Below are positions 14,245 to 30,468 of a stretch of 32,000 nucleotides of DNA, piece after piece. A program made the position numbers and the translations under genes. How positions within the stretch are numbered: position 1 is the first letter of the stretch; each line of letters starts with the position of its first letter. The notes beneath the pieces were generated by a model that was not told the origin of the DNA, did no database searches, and saw only the letters and a program-made list of their open reading frames with translations. The stretch comes from Candidatus Saccharimonadota bacterium (lineage in GTDB: Bacteria > Bacillota_I > Bacilli_A > Mycoplasmatales > Hepatoplasmataceae): contig AP027131.1 of assembly GCA_027925225.1 (NCBI GenBank), forward strand, positions 90,001 to 122,000, given 5' to 3'.

Positions 14245-17200
14245 ATGAATTATAGAGTTAGGGATTTTGGAAACAATACAAAAAGACGTGATTATCAAAA
14301 AACTGAAAAAAATTTAGAAGTTTTAGATTTATTAAAAATTCAAAAAGAAGAATTTGATAAGTTTTTAAATTATGGAATTTTAGAAGTTATGGAGGAAATA
14401 TATCCTATTTATTCTGCAAAGGATAGAATAAAAGTAGAATTTCTTTCTTTAAACATTGATATTCCTGAAAATTACGAAGAAAAAATAAGAAATGCTAAGG
14501 CAAAGGGTTCTAATTTTTTTGCACCAGTAAAAGCAAATTTTAGAATGATAAATCAAAAAGAAGGGGAAATTATTGATGAAAAAGAAGCGTTCATCCTTAA
14601 TCTTCCTCTTATTACTGAAACTGGATCATTTATTATAAATGGTTCTGAACGTTTAGTTATTTCTCAAATAATAAGAGCGCCAGGAATATATTTTGAAAAA
14701 TTAAAAGCATCGCGTGCTCAATCAACTTCTGATTCGTCAGTATTTAAAATTGTGACAATAATTCCTGATCGTGGTTCATGAGTGGAATTTGACTACAAGG
14801 ATTATAAATTACTAAATATTGATTCAACAGACATTAAATTAAGAATTGATAAATCAAAAAGAATAAGAGCAATTACACTTTTAAATTCATTAGGTATGAC
14901 TAATGAAGAAATTTTAGATTTATTTAATCATAATGTTTTAATAGAAGAATCAATTAAGAAAATTAAAAAAAATCAAGAAAATTCTTTTGAAGCAAGAAAA
15001 ATTATTTTTAAATTAATAAATAGTGGAGATAGATTTGCCGAAAGGGAAATTAATGAACTTATTTATAATCTCTTTTTTAATAAAAAAAGATATGATCTTT
15101 CTGAAACTGGAAGATATAAAATAAATAATAAATTTTCTCCAAGAAATCGTTTATTAAATAAGGTTTTAGCCGAAGATTTAAGAGACGCTTCAGGGAATGT
15201 AATTTTTCTAAAAGATACATTTATGGATTTAGAAAAAGTTGAAAAAGTCCAAAAAGAATGAGAAAAAAATAATCTTGAATTTGCAGAATATACAATTGAT
15301 GATGTTGCTTTTGGAAGTAAAAATGAAGGTATGACAGAAGAAGAAAAGAAAATTTTTTCAAAAGTGCATTCAATTAAAGTTTATTCTTCACTTTCAGATG
15401 ATAAAGATATTGAAATTACCAAAAGACCAATTCATAATTTAATTGCAACACCTTATTTTGATAAACAACATTTAACAATAGCTGATTTAATAGCTACATT
15501 TGGTTATCTTATAAATTTAGAAGATGAGATGTTTGAATATGATGATATTGACTCTCTTTCAAATAGAAAGATAAAAACAGTAAATGAATTACTTAAAAAT
15601 CAATTTAGAATTGGAATGACTAAAATGGAGAAAAATCTTAGAGAAAGAATTTCTTCAAAAGATACTTCAAATGTAACAATTAAAAATGCGACAAATCATA
15701 AATTAATGGAATCTGTATTCAAAGAATTTTTTAATTCATCACAACTTTCACAATTTATGGATCAGATAAATCCGCTTGCTGAAATTTCGAATAAAAGAAG
15801 AATTACATCTCTTGGTCCTGGTGGTCTTTCTAGAGACACTGCTTCTCTTATTGTTCGTGGAATTCATGATACTCATTATGGAAGGATTGATCCTATTGAA
15901 ACACCAGAAGGACCAAATATTGGTCTTATATTAAATTTAGCAATTTATGCAAAAATAAATAAATATGGACTTCTTGAAACTCCCTATTATAAGGTAAACA
16001 AAGGAAATGTTGATTATAAAAATCCTATTTATTTAATTTCTGATGATGAAAAAGGTCATATAATTGCTCCTGGTAATACTTTAATAAAAAACGGAAGAAT
16101 TGTAGAAGAAGAATTGGTTGCAAGAGTAAATGGTTCTTTTGTAAATGTAGCAAGAGAAGAAATTACTCTTGTAGATGTTTCTCCTAGACAAACTGTTTCA
16201 ATTGCCACTTCTCATATTCCATTTTTGGAAAATGATGATGCAAACCGTGCTTTAATGGGTGCTAATATGCAGCGTCAAGCAATTCCTTTATTAAAAAGCG
16301 AAGCTCCAATTGTGGCTACTGGAATTGAAGAGATTTCAGCTAGATTTTCACCATCAATTTTAAAAGCAAAAGAAGATGGAGAAGTTATTGAAGCAAATTC
16401 TTCTTATATTGTTATTCAAGGAAAAACAAAAAAATTCTATGAACTTAAAAAATTTGCAAGATCAAATCAAGCTACAGTTATTAATCAAAGAGCAATTGTA
16501 GAAATTGGTGATAAAGTAAAAAAAGGACAAGTTATTTCAGATGGATCTGCCATTAATAATGGAGAAATGGCTATTGGTAAAAATGTTTTAGTTGCTTTTA
16601 CAACATGAAGAGGATACAACTATGAAGATGCAATTATTCTTTCTGAAAGACTTGTAAAAGATGACGTTTATACTTCTCTTCATGTAGAAGAACATCATTT
16701 AGAACAAAGAATAACAAAACTTGGCGAAGAAAAAATAACAAGAGATATTCCTAATGCTTCTAAAGAATCAATGCGTAATTTAGATGGTGAAGGAATTATT
16801 GTTGTTGGTTCTGAAGTGAAAGTTGGAGATGTTCTTGTTGGAAAAATAACTCCAAAAGGTGAAGACGATCTTTCTCCAGAAGAAAAACTTTTAGATGCAA
16901 TTCTTGGAAATAAAATTAAAAATACAAAAGATTCATCATTAAGACTTCCTTATGGTGCAGAAGGTATTGTTCAAGATGTAAAAATTTTATCTCGTAAAAA
17001 TGGAGATAAATTAGATGATGGTGTTGAACAAATAATAAAAGTTTTTATAGCTCAAAAAAGAAAAATTAAAGAGGGAGATAAAATGTCGGGAAGACACGGA
17101 AATAAAGGTGTTGTTTCTAGAATTCTTCCAGAAGAAGACATGCCCTATTTAGAAGATGGGACTCCAATTGATATTATGTTAAATCCACTTGGTGTTCCTT

Positions 17201-17787
17201 CTCGTATGAATATTGGTCAAGTTCTTGAAGTTCATTTAGGTATGGCTGCTAAGAAACTTGGTGTAAAAGTTTCTACTCCAATTTTTGATGGTGTTAATTC
17301 AGAAGATTTAAGAGAAATTTTAGAAGAAGCAAAAATTGACCAATCAGGTAAGTTTACTCTTGTAGATGGTATAACTGGTAGAAAATACGATAACAAAGTT
17401 ACAGTTGGTGTAATGTATATGTTAAAACTTTCGCATATGATTGATGATAAAATGCATGCGCGTTCAATTGGTCCATATTCATTAATTACACAACAACCAC
17501 TTAGAGGAAAATCACAAAATGGTGGTCAAAGATTTGGAGAAATGGAAGCTTGAGCTCTTGAAGCATATGGGGCAAGTAATTTACTTCAGGAAATGATTAC
17601 TCTTAAATCAGATGATATTAAAGGACGTAATGAGCTTTATAACGCAATAGCAAAAGGTAAAAAAATACCAAAACCTAATATTCCTGAAGGATTTTGGGTT
17701 CTTTATTATGAGCTTAGAGGTTTAGGTCTTAGCTTAGAATTTTTGGCTGATGATGATAATAAAATAGAGATTGATAATTCAATTTAG
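14245..17787 (+). CDS. rpoB: DNA-directed RNA polymerase beta subunit, 1180 aa
   Basis: Five track ORFs (14245, 14782, 15331, 16771, 17593) share one frame and are joined through TGA codons that I checked by hand. Conserved motifs include the rifampicin cluster [18 protein letters not shown] and GEMEAWALEAYGA. Confidence 0.98.
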
Positions 17788-17797
17788 GGAGTAAATA

Positions 17798-21748
<3,951 letters not shown>

Positions 21749-21772
21749 ATTAAATAACAGATATTAATAATA

Positions 21773-22444
21773 ATGAATTTTAAAAAAAAACTTAGTGAAA
21801 ACAAAAAGCTTATTTCCTTTTTTACAGCTAACATTTTAGCTAGTGAATATTTAAATATAGATAATTTAGAAGAAATTTCTAAGGAAGAAATTTTAAAAAT
21901 TGAAAAGCTTTTTGAAACTAAGTTTTTTTATATATATAAAAAGAAATTATTTTGAAAGTGAGATAAAAAAAATTTTGAAAATACAACTGAGTATTATAAA
22001 AAGTTTTTTAAAATTTTTAGAAAACTAAATATAAAATTTGAGGATTTTGAAAAAAATAAGTTAGAACTTTATAAAGCAAAATATTTTACTAAGGTAAGAA
22101 ATCTAAAAACAATGGAAACACCTTATAAAAAAGAAGGAGTAAATCCTATTATTTATTTTAATTACAAAGATGTATCTTTATTTTCTCAAAATGGTTTTCT
22201 TTTTGATAAAGTGGTAACCTCAAATTTAGGAATTTCTTATAATGAAATGGTTTTTTATAATAAAAAAAATAAAGAAATAAATCTAATTTTTTATGTAAAA
22301 GATATTAAAGAAATTTTTTTAAAAGAAAAATGAGTTGAAATCATTCTAAAAAATAAAAAAGTATTTTTTTTAAGATATCTTGAAAATGAAATAATTTATA
22401 TTTCACTTAGAAGAATTTGGTCAAAACAATTAAATTTTTTCTAA
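21773..22444 (+). CDS. Hypothetical protein, 223 aa
   Basis: Track ORFs 21773.. and 22112.. share one frame and are joined through TGA codons. Ends at TAA 22442-22444. No family recognised with confidence. Confidence 0.6.
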
Positions 22445-22825
22445 TTCTTCTTTAAATGCTTCTATTACAAAAAGAACACATTTTTTTCTTGATTTATGTT
22501 TTTTGAGAAGTGAAAATATTTTAAATTCATTTTTATAATTATCATTTTCAATTGAGTTTTTAAATAAATCTAAAAACTCTTTCCCTTTTTTTATATCATT
22601 TATTTCTTTAAGATTTTCTACAATAAAAGAACTTGAAGCACTAAATATAGCACATCCTTCACCATCTCATTTTACTTCTTCTAATTTATTTCCATTTTTT
22701 TTTATATAAGCAAAAATTCTATCATTACAATTATTAGATTTTAAAGTAGAATTCTTTCTCTCTTTTTCGGTTAGTTTGTTTCCATTTTTTTTTTCTATAT
22801 AATCTCTAAGTTTTAAATCTTCCAT
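22430..22825 (-). CDS. sufU: SufU/IscU (NifU N-terminal type) Fe-S cluster scaffold, 131 aa
   Basis: Hand translation: MEDLKLRDYIEKKNGNKL...NNCNDRIFAYIKKNGNKLEEVKWDGEGCAIFSASSS...SRKKCVLFVIEAFKEELEKI. Three conserved Cys lie in the expected contexts. Absent from the track. The start lies 2 nt after the sufS stop. Confidence 0.85.
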
Positions 22826-22827
22826 TT

Positions 22828-24051
22828 TTACTTATTAATCAACTTTCTAAATGTCTTTAATGCATTTTCCAACTCATTTACAAATTTATCTATTTCCTTT
22901 TTTTCATTATAAATATGAAAAGATAACCTAATTGTTTTATTTTGATTAAAATATTCATTTTTTATTTTTACGCAATTTGTTCCGCTTCTAAAAAGAATAT
23001 TTTTCCTTCCTAAAAGATACGAAATATCTTCCGCTGGTATATTTTTCATTTCTAAAAATAAGATGGAAGATTTTACATTTTTATTTATTATTTTAATTTC
23101 CTCAAAATTTTTTAATTTTTCTTCTGCATAATTTTTTAATTCGTTACAATAATTTTCAATATTTTTTATTCCAATTTTTTCTATAAAATCAATTGCTTTT
23201 GAAAGAGAAAATATTCCAGGGTAATTTAAAGTTCCTGAATAAAAATTTTTAGGAACATTTTTATAAATTATCTTATCTTTTTGAAAATCAATATTATTTC
23301 CTCCTCCATATTTAAATGGTTCAATTTTGTTTAAAAGATTATTTTTAATATAGCAAATACCCACTCCATTTGAAGCAAACATTTTGTGTCCGCTAAATAA
23401 ATAACAATCAGGATCTAATGTTTTTAAATTTGTTTCAATATGACCGACTGCTTGTGCACCATCCACTACTAAAATGCAATCTTTATTTTTTTTATTTATT
23501 GCTTTTCTTATTTCTTTAATGTTATTAGTTGTTCCTAATGTATTGAATACATGTGCTATAGATATAATTTTTGTTTTTTCATTTATTTTTTTTTCTAAAT
23601 CACTAACATCAATTTCAAATTTTTCATTTATTTTATAATATTTAAATTTAATTTTCTTTTCTTTTCCATATTCTATTCAAGGTAAAAAATTAGATGCGTG
23701 TTCAAAATCCCCTAAAATAATTTCGTCATTTCTTTTTAATCTTTTTATTAATACTCTTGCAAGATCATTTAATCCATCGGTTGCTCCTGCTGTAAAAATT
23801 AATTCCTCTTTTTGTACATTTAAAAAATTAGCTATTTTTTCAATTGCTTCTTCAAATTTTATATTTATTTTTTCTGATAAAACATTAACAGATCTAAAAT
23901 TTGAATAATTTAATTTTGTATAAAAATTAGTAATTTCATCAATTACTAATTTTGGTTTCAAAGAAGTAAGGGCGGAATCAAAATAAATAAGTTTCTTATT
24001 TTCTTTAAAAAAGGGAAACTCTTTTTTTTTATTTTTATCTAAATTATTCAT
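22828..24051 (-). CDS. sufS: Cysteine desulfurase, class V aminotransferase (SufS/NifS-like), 407 aa
   Basis: Track ORFs 22828..23466 and 23677..24051 share one frame and are joined through a single TGA. I checked that the joining segment has no TAA/TAG. PLP-Lys motif SGHKMF and active-site RSGTNC are present. Confidence 0.9.
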
Positions 24052-24121
24052 TTTAATAATTATAATTCATTTTTTTTTAAGTTTTTTTAAAAAAATAAAT
24101 GTAAATTGTACTTTTATTAAT

Positions 24122-24130
24122 TGCTATAAT
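24122..24130 (+). promoter_or_regulatory. Extended -10 promoter (TGCTATAAT) for the 24168 operon
   Basis: Exact TGnTATAAT 38 nt upstream of ATG 24168, in the divergent sufS/membrane-protein intergenic region. Confidence 0.5.
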
Positions 24131-24167
24131 TTTTTTAGTTATTTTTAAAATTTAAAAATAAATTATT

Positions 24168-26345
24168 ATGGCACAAGTTTTAGAGAAAAATATAGAAAAA
24201 GAATATGAAAAGGAATTAAAAAATTTTCCAAAAGATGATTTTTTAATGAAAGGAAAAGATAAAAATAAATCTAATTCTTCTTCACCTTCTCCTAATAAAA
24301 AGAAAAAAAACCAGAAAAATCTTATTTCAGAAAAAGAACAAGAAATAAAAAAAAGTAAGAAAAAAAAATGAATTATTATTGTTTTAATAGTAATTTTTGT
24401 TTTAGCACTTGGATTGGGATTGGGTCTTGGTTTAGGATTAAAAGACAGTGAGGAAAATTCATCTGGTTTTCCTGGTCCGGATAATATTGATACTGATATG
24501 AAAGAAGTTGAAACCTTAAAACAACAGGCTGCGGGTTGAGCATACAATCAATTATATTATACTTATGGACTTATCGATGAAAGTGATTATAATAAAAAGA
24601 TTGATAAAGTAGAAAAAGATGTTGATAATCAAATTGATAATGAAAAAGAAAGTTATAGAGATCAATATGGGGATAATTGAGAAGAAGAATGAGATAAATA
24701 TTTAACAGAACAAGGTTATGATGATGAAGAAGAATATAAAGATGCACTTATTTCAGAGTCATTAAAAAATGAAACTGACGACATTATTATTAATAATCTT
24801 TTAAGACAAATTATTATTGAAGATGATTCATCTGATGTAACTTATCATTATAAATCAACAATTCCTGATGCAGACAGCACAAATGCATATTGAGTTATAG
24901 ATAATGGAGAAACTCCATTAGGTGATGGTAATGTTCATTCGGTAAATGGTGAAGCGCTTTATGAAGGATATATAAATTTAACAAATCCCATTTCTTATTA
25001 TGATTTACTTATTCCTTTTACAATGAATGGATTAAATTCTTATAATGGTCTTTATGGAAATAGAATAGTTTTTGATTCAGATGGTACTACAACTAATCTT
25101 AAAACAGCTTGAGATATTGCTGCTGATTATTATCTTTCTTGATATCAAACAAGTTTAGATGGTGGTGGAACAATAGAAAAGAATTTTGGCAATTATGATA
25201 ATGCCTCTATTGTTCAAACGAGCTTAAATGAAACAAGCGATAATAAATTTACAGCAATTCCTCTTTTTGAAATGTTTATTAGTGATGTTAATACAAATTT
25301 TGATTGATCAAGTATTAGTGAAAGTATGAGTTATGAAGATGTTGCTGAAAATTTTTATTTATTAAATGATATTATTGGAAAAACTTCATTTCTTACCGCT
25401 ACTGATGTAAATAATGGTAGAGAGGTTTGACCTGGATATACATATAATTCTGGTACTGATAATTCAGTTCCTTTAGAATCATCGGATAAAGCTGATTCTA
25501 TTAGTGGCGTAAAATCTGGGAAAGGTACAGGAACTGAACAAGATTATTTTGATGCTCTTCTTCCTGGGCAAATTGATTTAGTTGGTTTACAATTAATGAG
25601 AAGTCTTCAAGAGACTAATTTATTTAAAAATCCAGATGATACATCTAATAGATATATTTATTCGCAAGTTCCTTTTAATTACAATTCTTATTTTTATTCA
25701 ATAGATGAAAATGGAGAATTAGTAGGACAATCAGATTTTAGTGATACAACAACAACATTAGAAGAAAATGTTTATTTAGTATTGGATTCTACTGGATTAC
25801 ATATTTTAGCGCCTACAATTTATTATGATGATTCGATTGCATCAAATTTAGAAACAGGTTCAAATCAATATAATTATGGAGATTTAATGCTTATCGGTGA
25901 TCTTGATAGATTGGCTCTTGATGGTACAAAAGAAGATAAACCACCAAGCTCAAATGTTAGATCAAATTTTACAACATGATTTACTTCGGTTTCGGATTTA
26001 ATTTATTTAAACTCTGCACTTAATGATCAAAATTTCTTAGATGATTATCTAAAAGATGTTAATAAAGATGGTAATATAGATGATTTGGATTTAGATATTA
26101 TTGTTCAAAATTTTTATAATGATTTTTTTAATAAACAATATAACAAATTTTTAAATAAATGTGATTCAGCAATTTCTTTTCTTAAAGAATATTTAGGATT
26201 ATATGATCTTGCTGGTTATAGTTTTTTAACTAATATAAGCTTTATAAAAGATTCTCTTGTTTTTTTACAACATTCTAATCAATATCAATTAACATCTACA
26301 ATAGATATTTTAGAAACCGGAAATCTTTCTGGAGGTGAAATTTAA
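24168..26345 (+). CDS. Membrane-anchored surface protein, 725 aa (charged cytoplasmic N-tail, one TM, large aromatic/Asp-rich ectodomain), possible HinT-partner (P60/P80-like) protein
   Basis: I translated the whole frame by hand. There is no TAA/TAG between 24168 and 26343, and there are many in-frame TGA codons. TM segment: WIIIVLIVIFVLALGLGLGLGLGL. No lipobox Cys. Confidence 0.8.
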
Positions 26346-26346
26346 A

Positions 26347-28098
26347 ATGAATAATATTATTTGAAAAAAAACTTTTTCAGTATTTTTTATTACAGTCTTT
26401 TCAATTTCTGCACTTTCTAGTTTAATTTTTTGGAGTTTATCTTCAAAGACAGAAATTTTATTTCATTTTGGTAATAAAGAAACAATTAAATTAGATAAAA
26501 ATGAAATAAACAATTTAGAAGATTATGTATCTTTAAAAAACTCTGATTTAGATTCAGATATTAATTATTATTCACTTCCTAATTTTAAAAAATATGAAGA
26601 TGATACAAGTGATGATAGTGGAGATGATACAACTACTCCAGAAATTGTTTTTGGTAATCAAACAGTAAATGAGATGACTGCTGATTGAATGACTGTTGGA
26701 TTTATGAATTATGCTTTAACTGGAGATACACATTATCCTGACGGATCTTTTAATCCTGATGATGATTATCCAGATTATGGTTCAACAATTTTAAATCCAA
26801 GTTCAGAAGACACCTGAATTACACCCCATCTTTTTGATACAGAAAATACTCTACAAACATTAGATTATCAAACATTTTATGATTATTCTTCTTATGTTAA
26901 ATTATTTACAGAAACAATTGGAAAAAATGCAAAAGAAGATTATCTTGCACTTTATTTAAATGCTTTTGCTACCAAATATGATGAAATAAGTAAACAAATT
27001 TGATTAGATCAACCAAGTCCTGCTCTTGAATTTAGTATTTGAACTAATTATTATATAAGAGACAATTATCCAGAATATATAGATGATTTTGGCAATCCTA
27101 TTTTTGAAACAGAAACAATGAATTTGATTTCAACAACTATCGAATATGAAAAAGACATATCTAATTTTATGTATATTTATTCATATCTTTGACAAGAGTA
27201 TTCGGACAAAAAATACGATTATTTTATTACAAGTATGATGAATCAAAATAGATTTACTTATTATTGAAGTATGCAAATAAATGATAAGGATGGTTTTTTA
27301 ATATCTTCAAACTTTGATCCCACTGATGGTGCTGATGTAGATGAATGAAATAGTACTGGTTTTAATATAACTGAGGGAACTTCAAAAACACAAATTGAAC
27401 CAACTTGGAGACTTTCTCCAGAAGGATATATGGGCTTTTCTGGACTTTCATCTCAAAGTGATTCATCAATTAGTCTCCTTATAGGAGAAGATGATTATTC
27501 TGATGATTTTTGAAATTATTCAAATGTTTGAAGTATTACTGAAAACTTAAATGATGAAATTGATAATTATAGTACTTCTTATATATCATCTTATAACCAA
27601 GAAGACTTTGTAAGTAATGGGCTTTTTTATGATAATAATAATTATATTTTTTCTTCAACCACTTCATCAGATTCAGAAGATACAACAACAACAACAGATT
27701 ATATTTATATGAAATATTTATTATATCCATTTGTTTTTACAAATAATATACAACCTGATGGCACATCTTCTTATTGAGTTTATAGATTAGATGCATATAC
27801 AGATGGAAATGGACAATTTTATCCAACAGCAGAGGTTGCTCCTTCTGGTGCAAATAAAATTAATTATTTTGATTATATAGATCAAGTGTTACAAGATACA
27901 TATGACAATTATAATTATTATGGTTTATTTGAAATTTTAACAATTTATCAAATGTTAAATTATACAACAGAAAATTTTAATGTATGAGAAAATAAAGCAT
28001 ATAATTATTGAAATTCAAAGGGATTTTATATTGAACTTCATGGTCAAGCAAAAGATGATTATGGTAGCTTAATTCCTGATGGATTACAAAGGGATTAG
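26347..28098 (+). CDS. Membrane-anchored or secreted aromatic-rich protein, 583 aa, possible second HinT-partner protein
   Basis: Completely absent from the ORF track. The hand translation is open from ATG 26347 to TAG 28096-28098, with 13 in-frame TGA and 2 TGG by my count. N-terminal signal/anchor: MNNIIWKKTFSVFFITVFSISALSSLIFW. Confidence 0.8.
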
Positions 28099-28100
28099 TT

Positions 28101-28502
28101 ATGGAAACAATTTTTAAAAAAATAATTGAAAAGAAAATAATTTCATATACAATTTACTCTGATAGTGAATTTATAATAATTCTAGATATCAACCCTAAGA
28201 ATCCAGGACACTCATTAATAATTCCTAAAAAATGAAGTGAGAATGTTCTTATGATGAATGATAAGAGCTTTTCAGAAATGTTTTTACTAGCTAAAAATTT
28301 TTCTAATTATTTAAAAGAAAAGTTAAATGCAGAGGGAATTAAATGAGTTGTTAATAGTGGAAAAGAAGCAGGACAAGTCATTTTTCATACTCATTTACAT
28401 CTTATTCCTTATTATAAAAATGTAAATGTGTATAAAGATTTTGAAATAAAAGATATTTATGAAAGGTTAAAAAATAAAGAAAATAATTATGGAGAAATCT
28501 AA
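28101..28502 (+). CDS. HIT-family (HinT-like) nucleotide hydrolase, 133 aa
   Basis: METIFKKIIEKKIISYTIYSDSEFIIILDINPKNPGHSLIIPKKW...QVIFHTHLHLIPYY contains the histidine triad HxHxHxx. Absent from the track (TGA codons). Overlaps the next gene by 14 nt. Confidence 0.9.
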
Positions 28503-29616
28503 AAAATTAAATTCTGAGGAAAAAAAATCAAAAAAAACTTCCCCAAAATTAGATGAAACAAAAAAAAATAAAGAAGAAACTTTAAATAATAGAGATAGTT
28601 CTTATGTTTTTCGTGCAAAACATATTACGAAATATTATGGAAAAACAGAAGTATTAAGAGACATTTCTTTTGATGTTAAAGAAGGAGAAAGAATTGCTAT
28701 TGTTGGAGCAAATGGTGCTGGTAAATCAACATTAAGCGAAATAATCGCTCAAATAAAAGAACCCACATCTGGTGAACTTTATTATTCTTTTGGAAAAACA
28801 AAATCTGAAATTTCTTCAAAAATAGGAATTCAATTTCAAGATTCATCATATCCAGATTTTTATAAAGTTAAAGATTTAGTTGATTTTATGATTGATGTTT
28901 CAGATGTTCATATTTCAAAAGAAGATTTAAATAATTTATATAAACAATTTGATCTTTTTAATTTAATACGTGAATATGCAAAGGGTCTTTCAGGCGGGCA
29001 ACAACAAAGATTAAACATTTTGCTTGCAATTGTTCATAATCCAAAATTAATTATTTTAGATGAAGTTGGAACTGGATTAGATGTTGAATCACGTACAAAA
29101 ATTAAATCATATATAAAAGATTATTTAGCAAATCATAAAGCAACTCTTTTACTTGTTTCTCATAATGCTGATGAAGTAACAGAACTTGTTGATAGAGTAA
29201 TTGTTATTCATGATGGAGAAATTTTTGAAGATAAACCTTTAAAAGAAATTTTAAGTAAATGAGAACATTTTGATAATTTTATGAATAATCTTTATTTAAA
29301 TGTTTTTAAAGATAAAGTAGATAGTCGTGTTAATAAAACAAAACAAAAAGAAGATAAAAGACAATTTAAAGATGATAAAAAAAGAATTCTTAGAGATATA
29401 GAAATTGCTAAAGAAGAAGGCAAGACTAAAGAAGTTGAAAAATTAGAAAAAAAACTAGAAAAATTAATGAAAGAAAATAGTGATTTTAAACAAACATTAA
29501 TACAAAGAAGAATAGAAGATAGAAGAATAAGAAAAGAATCTAAAGAAGCTAAAAAAGCAAGAAAAAAAGAAGAAAAAAAATCAAAGAAAGCAGAAAAATT
29601 AGGAGATAAAGAATAA
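28489..29616 (+). CDS. ABC transporter ATP-binding protein with a ~115-aa Lys/Glu-rich C-terminal tail, 375 aa
   Basis: Walker A GANGAGKST, signature LSGGQQQR and Walker B LIILDE are present. Track ORFs 28489..29262 and 29281..29616 share one frame and are joined by a single TGA (..LSKW EHFDNFMNN..). Confidence 0.88.
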
Positions 29617-29617
29617 G

Positions 29618-30445
29618 ATGTTTGCACTTTACAAATTACAAGCAAAGATATTTTTAAAAGGCCCTACCCTTATATTTTTAATAGTCTCATCTATAATTTA
29701 TCTTTTAGTATTTGGCTCTATTGTTAAATATTCAGGACTTAGCCCAGATCAACAACAGGTTTCATTATTGTTGGTTTTTGGTTCTGTTACTGCAATTTCT
29801 TTAATGAATATTGCATTAAATACTTTTGGATATTCATTTTTTGATATGAAAAATTCTGTTCTAATTAAAAGAATAGGAGCAACAAATCTTACAAAAATTG
29901 ATGTTTTAACAGGTTTTATTCTTTGGGGAATAACAACAGTTTTTATTGCTCTTGGAATAATGCTGTTTTTAATGGCCTTTTTTAGTTCTTGAACCGGTTA
30001 TTTTGCTATATTTGATTTTGGAGCTATAAATTGAGTGGGTCTTATTGTTGGAACTTTTATTGGTAGCGCAGCAATGTTTTCTGTTGCTTTGCTTTTAATT
30101 TCTGTTAGTCCTTCAACACAAATTTATCAAATATATTCATTTTTATATTTTTTTATTTTTGCAGCATTTGGCGGATTATTTACTCCAACAAATACACCTC
30201 ACTGAATGGAAATTGTAGGATGATTTTCACCTATTACTTGAACATCTGAGTTTATTACTAATTCGGCTCTAGGCGCAGATGTATTCCATGTTGGTGGTTA
30301 TGCAATAAGTCAAGTTGGGAATACTCCTATTGCTGATCCCATTACAGTTAATACAGCAAATGCGACATTAGATTTATTTATGCCGATAATTTATATTGTA
30401 TTATTTTTAGGATTAACTACTAAAACATTTAAGTGAGATAGTTAG
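29618..30445 (+). CDS. ABC-2-type transporter permease, 275 aa
   Basis: Track ORF 29618..29992 continues through TGA codons to TAG 30443-30445. The product is multi-TM and hydrophobic throughout. Confidence 0.8.
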
Positions 30446-30468
30446 AAAGGTAGAATGAGGTAAAAAAT

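Noticed and set aside
12188-14298. Antisense or alternative-frame ORFs inside ribosomal protein genes (12188..12598 -, 12850..13032 +, 12869..13093 -, 13870..14298 -).
   Set aside because: Each is fully contained in, or overlaps, an unmistakable rplK/rplA/rplL coding frame. These are shadow ORFs with no independent signals.
24152-24547. Antisense ORFs 24152..24547 (-) and 29292..29645 (-), and minus-strand ORF 27536..27730.
   Set aside because: They are mirror images of the Lys/Glu-rich (AAA/GAA) coding tails, or of the aromatic-rich protein gene on the plus strand. Poly-F/S/L products are typical of antisense reading of A-rich codons.
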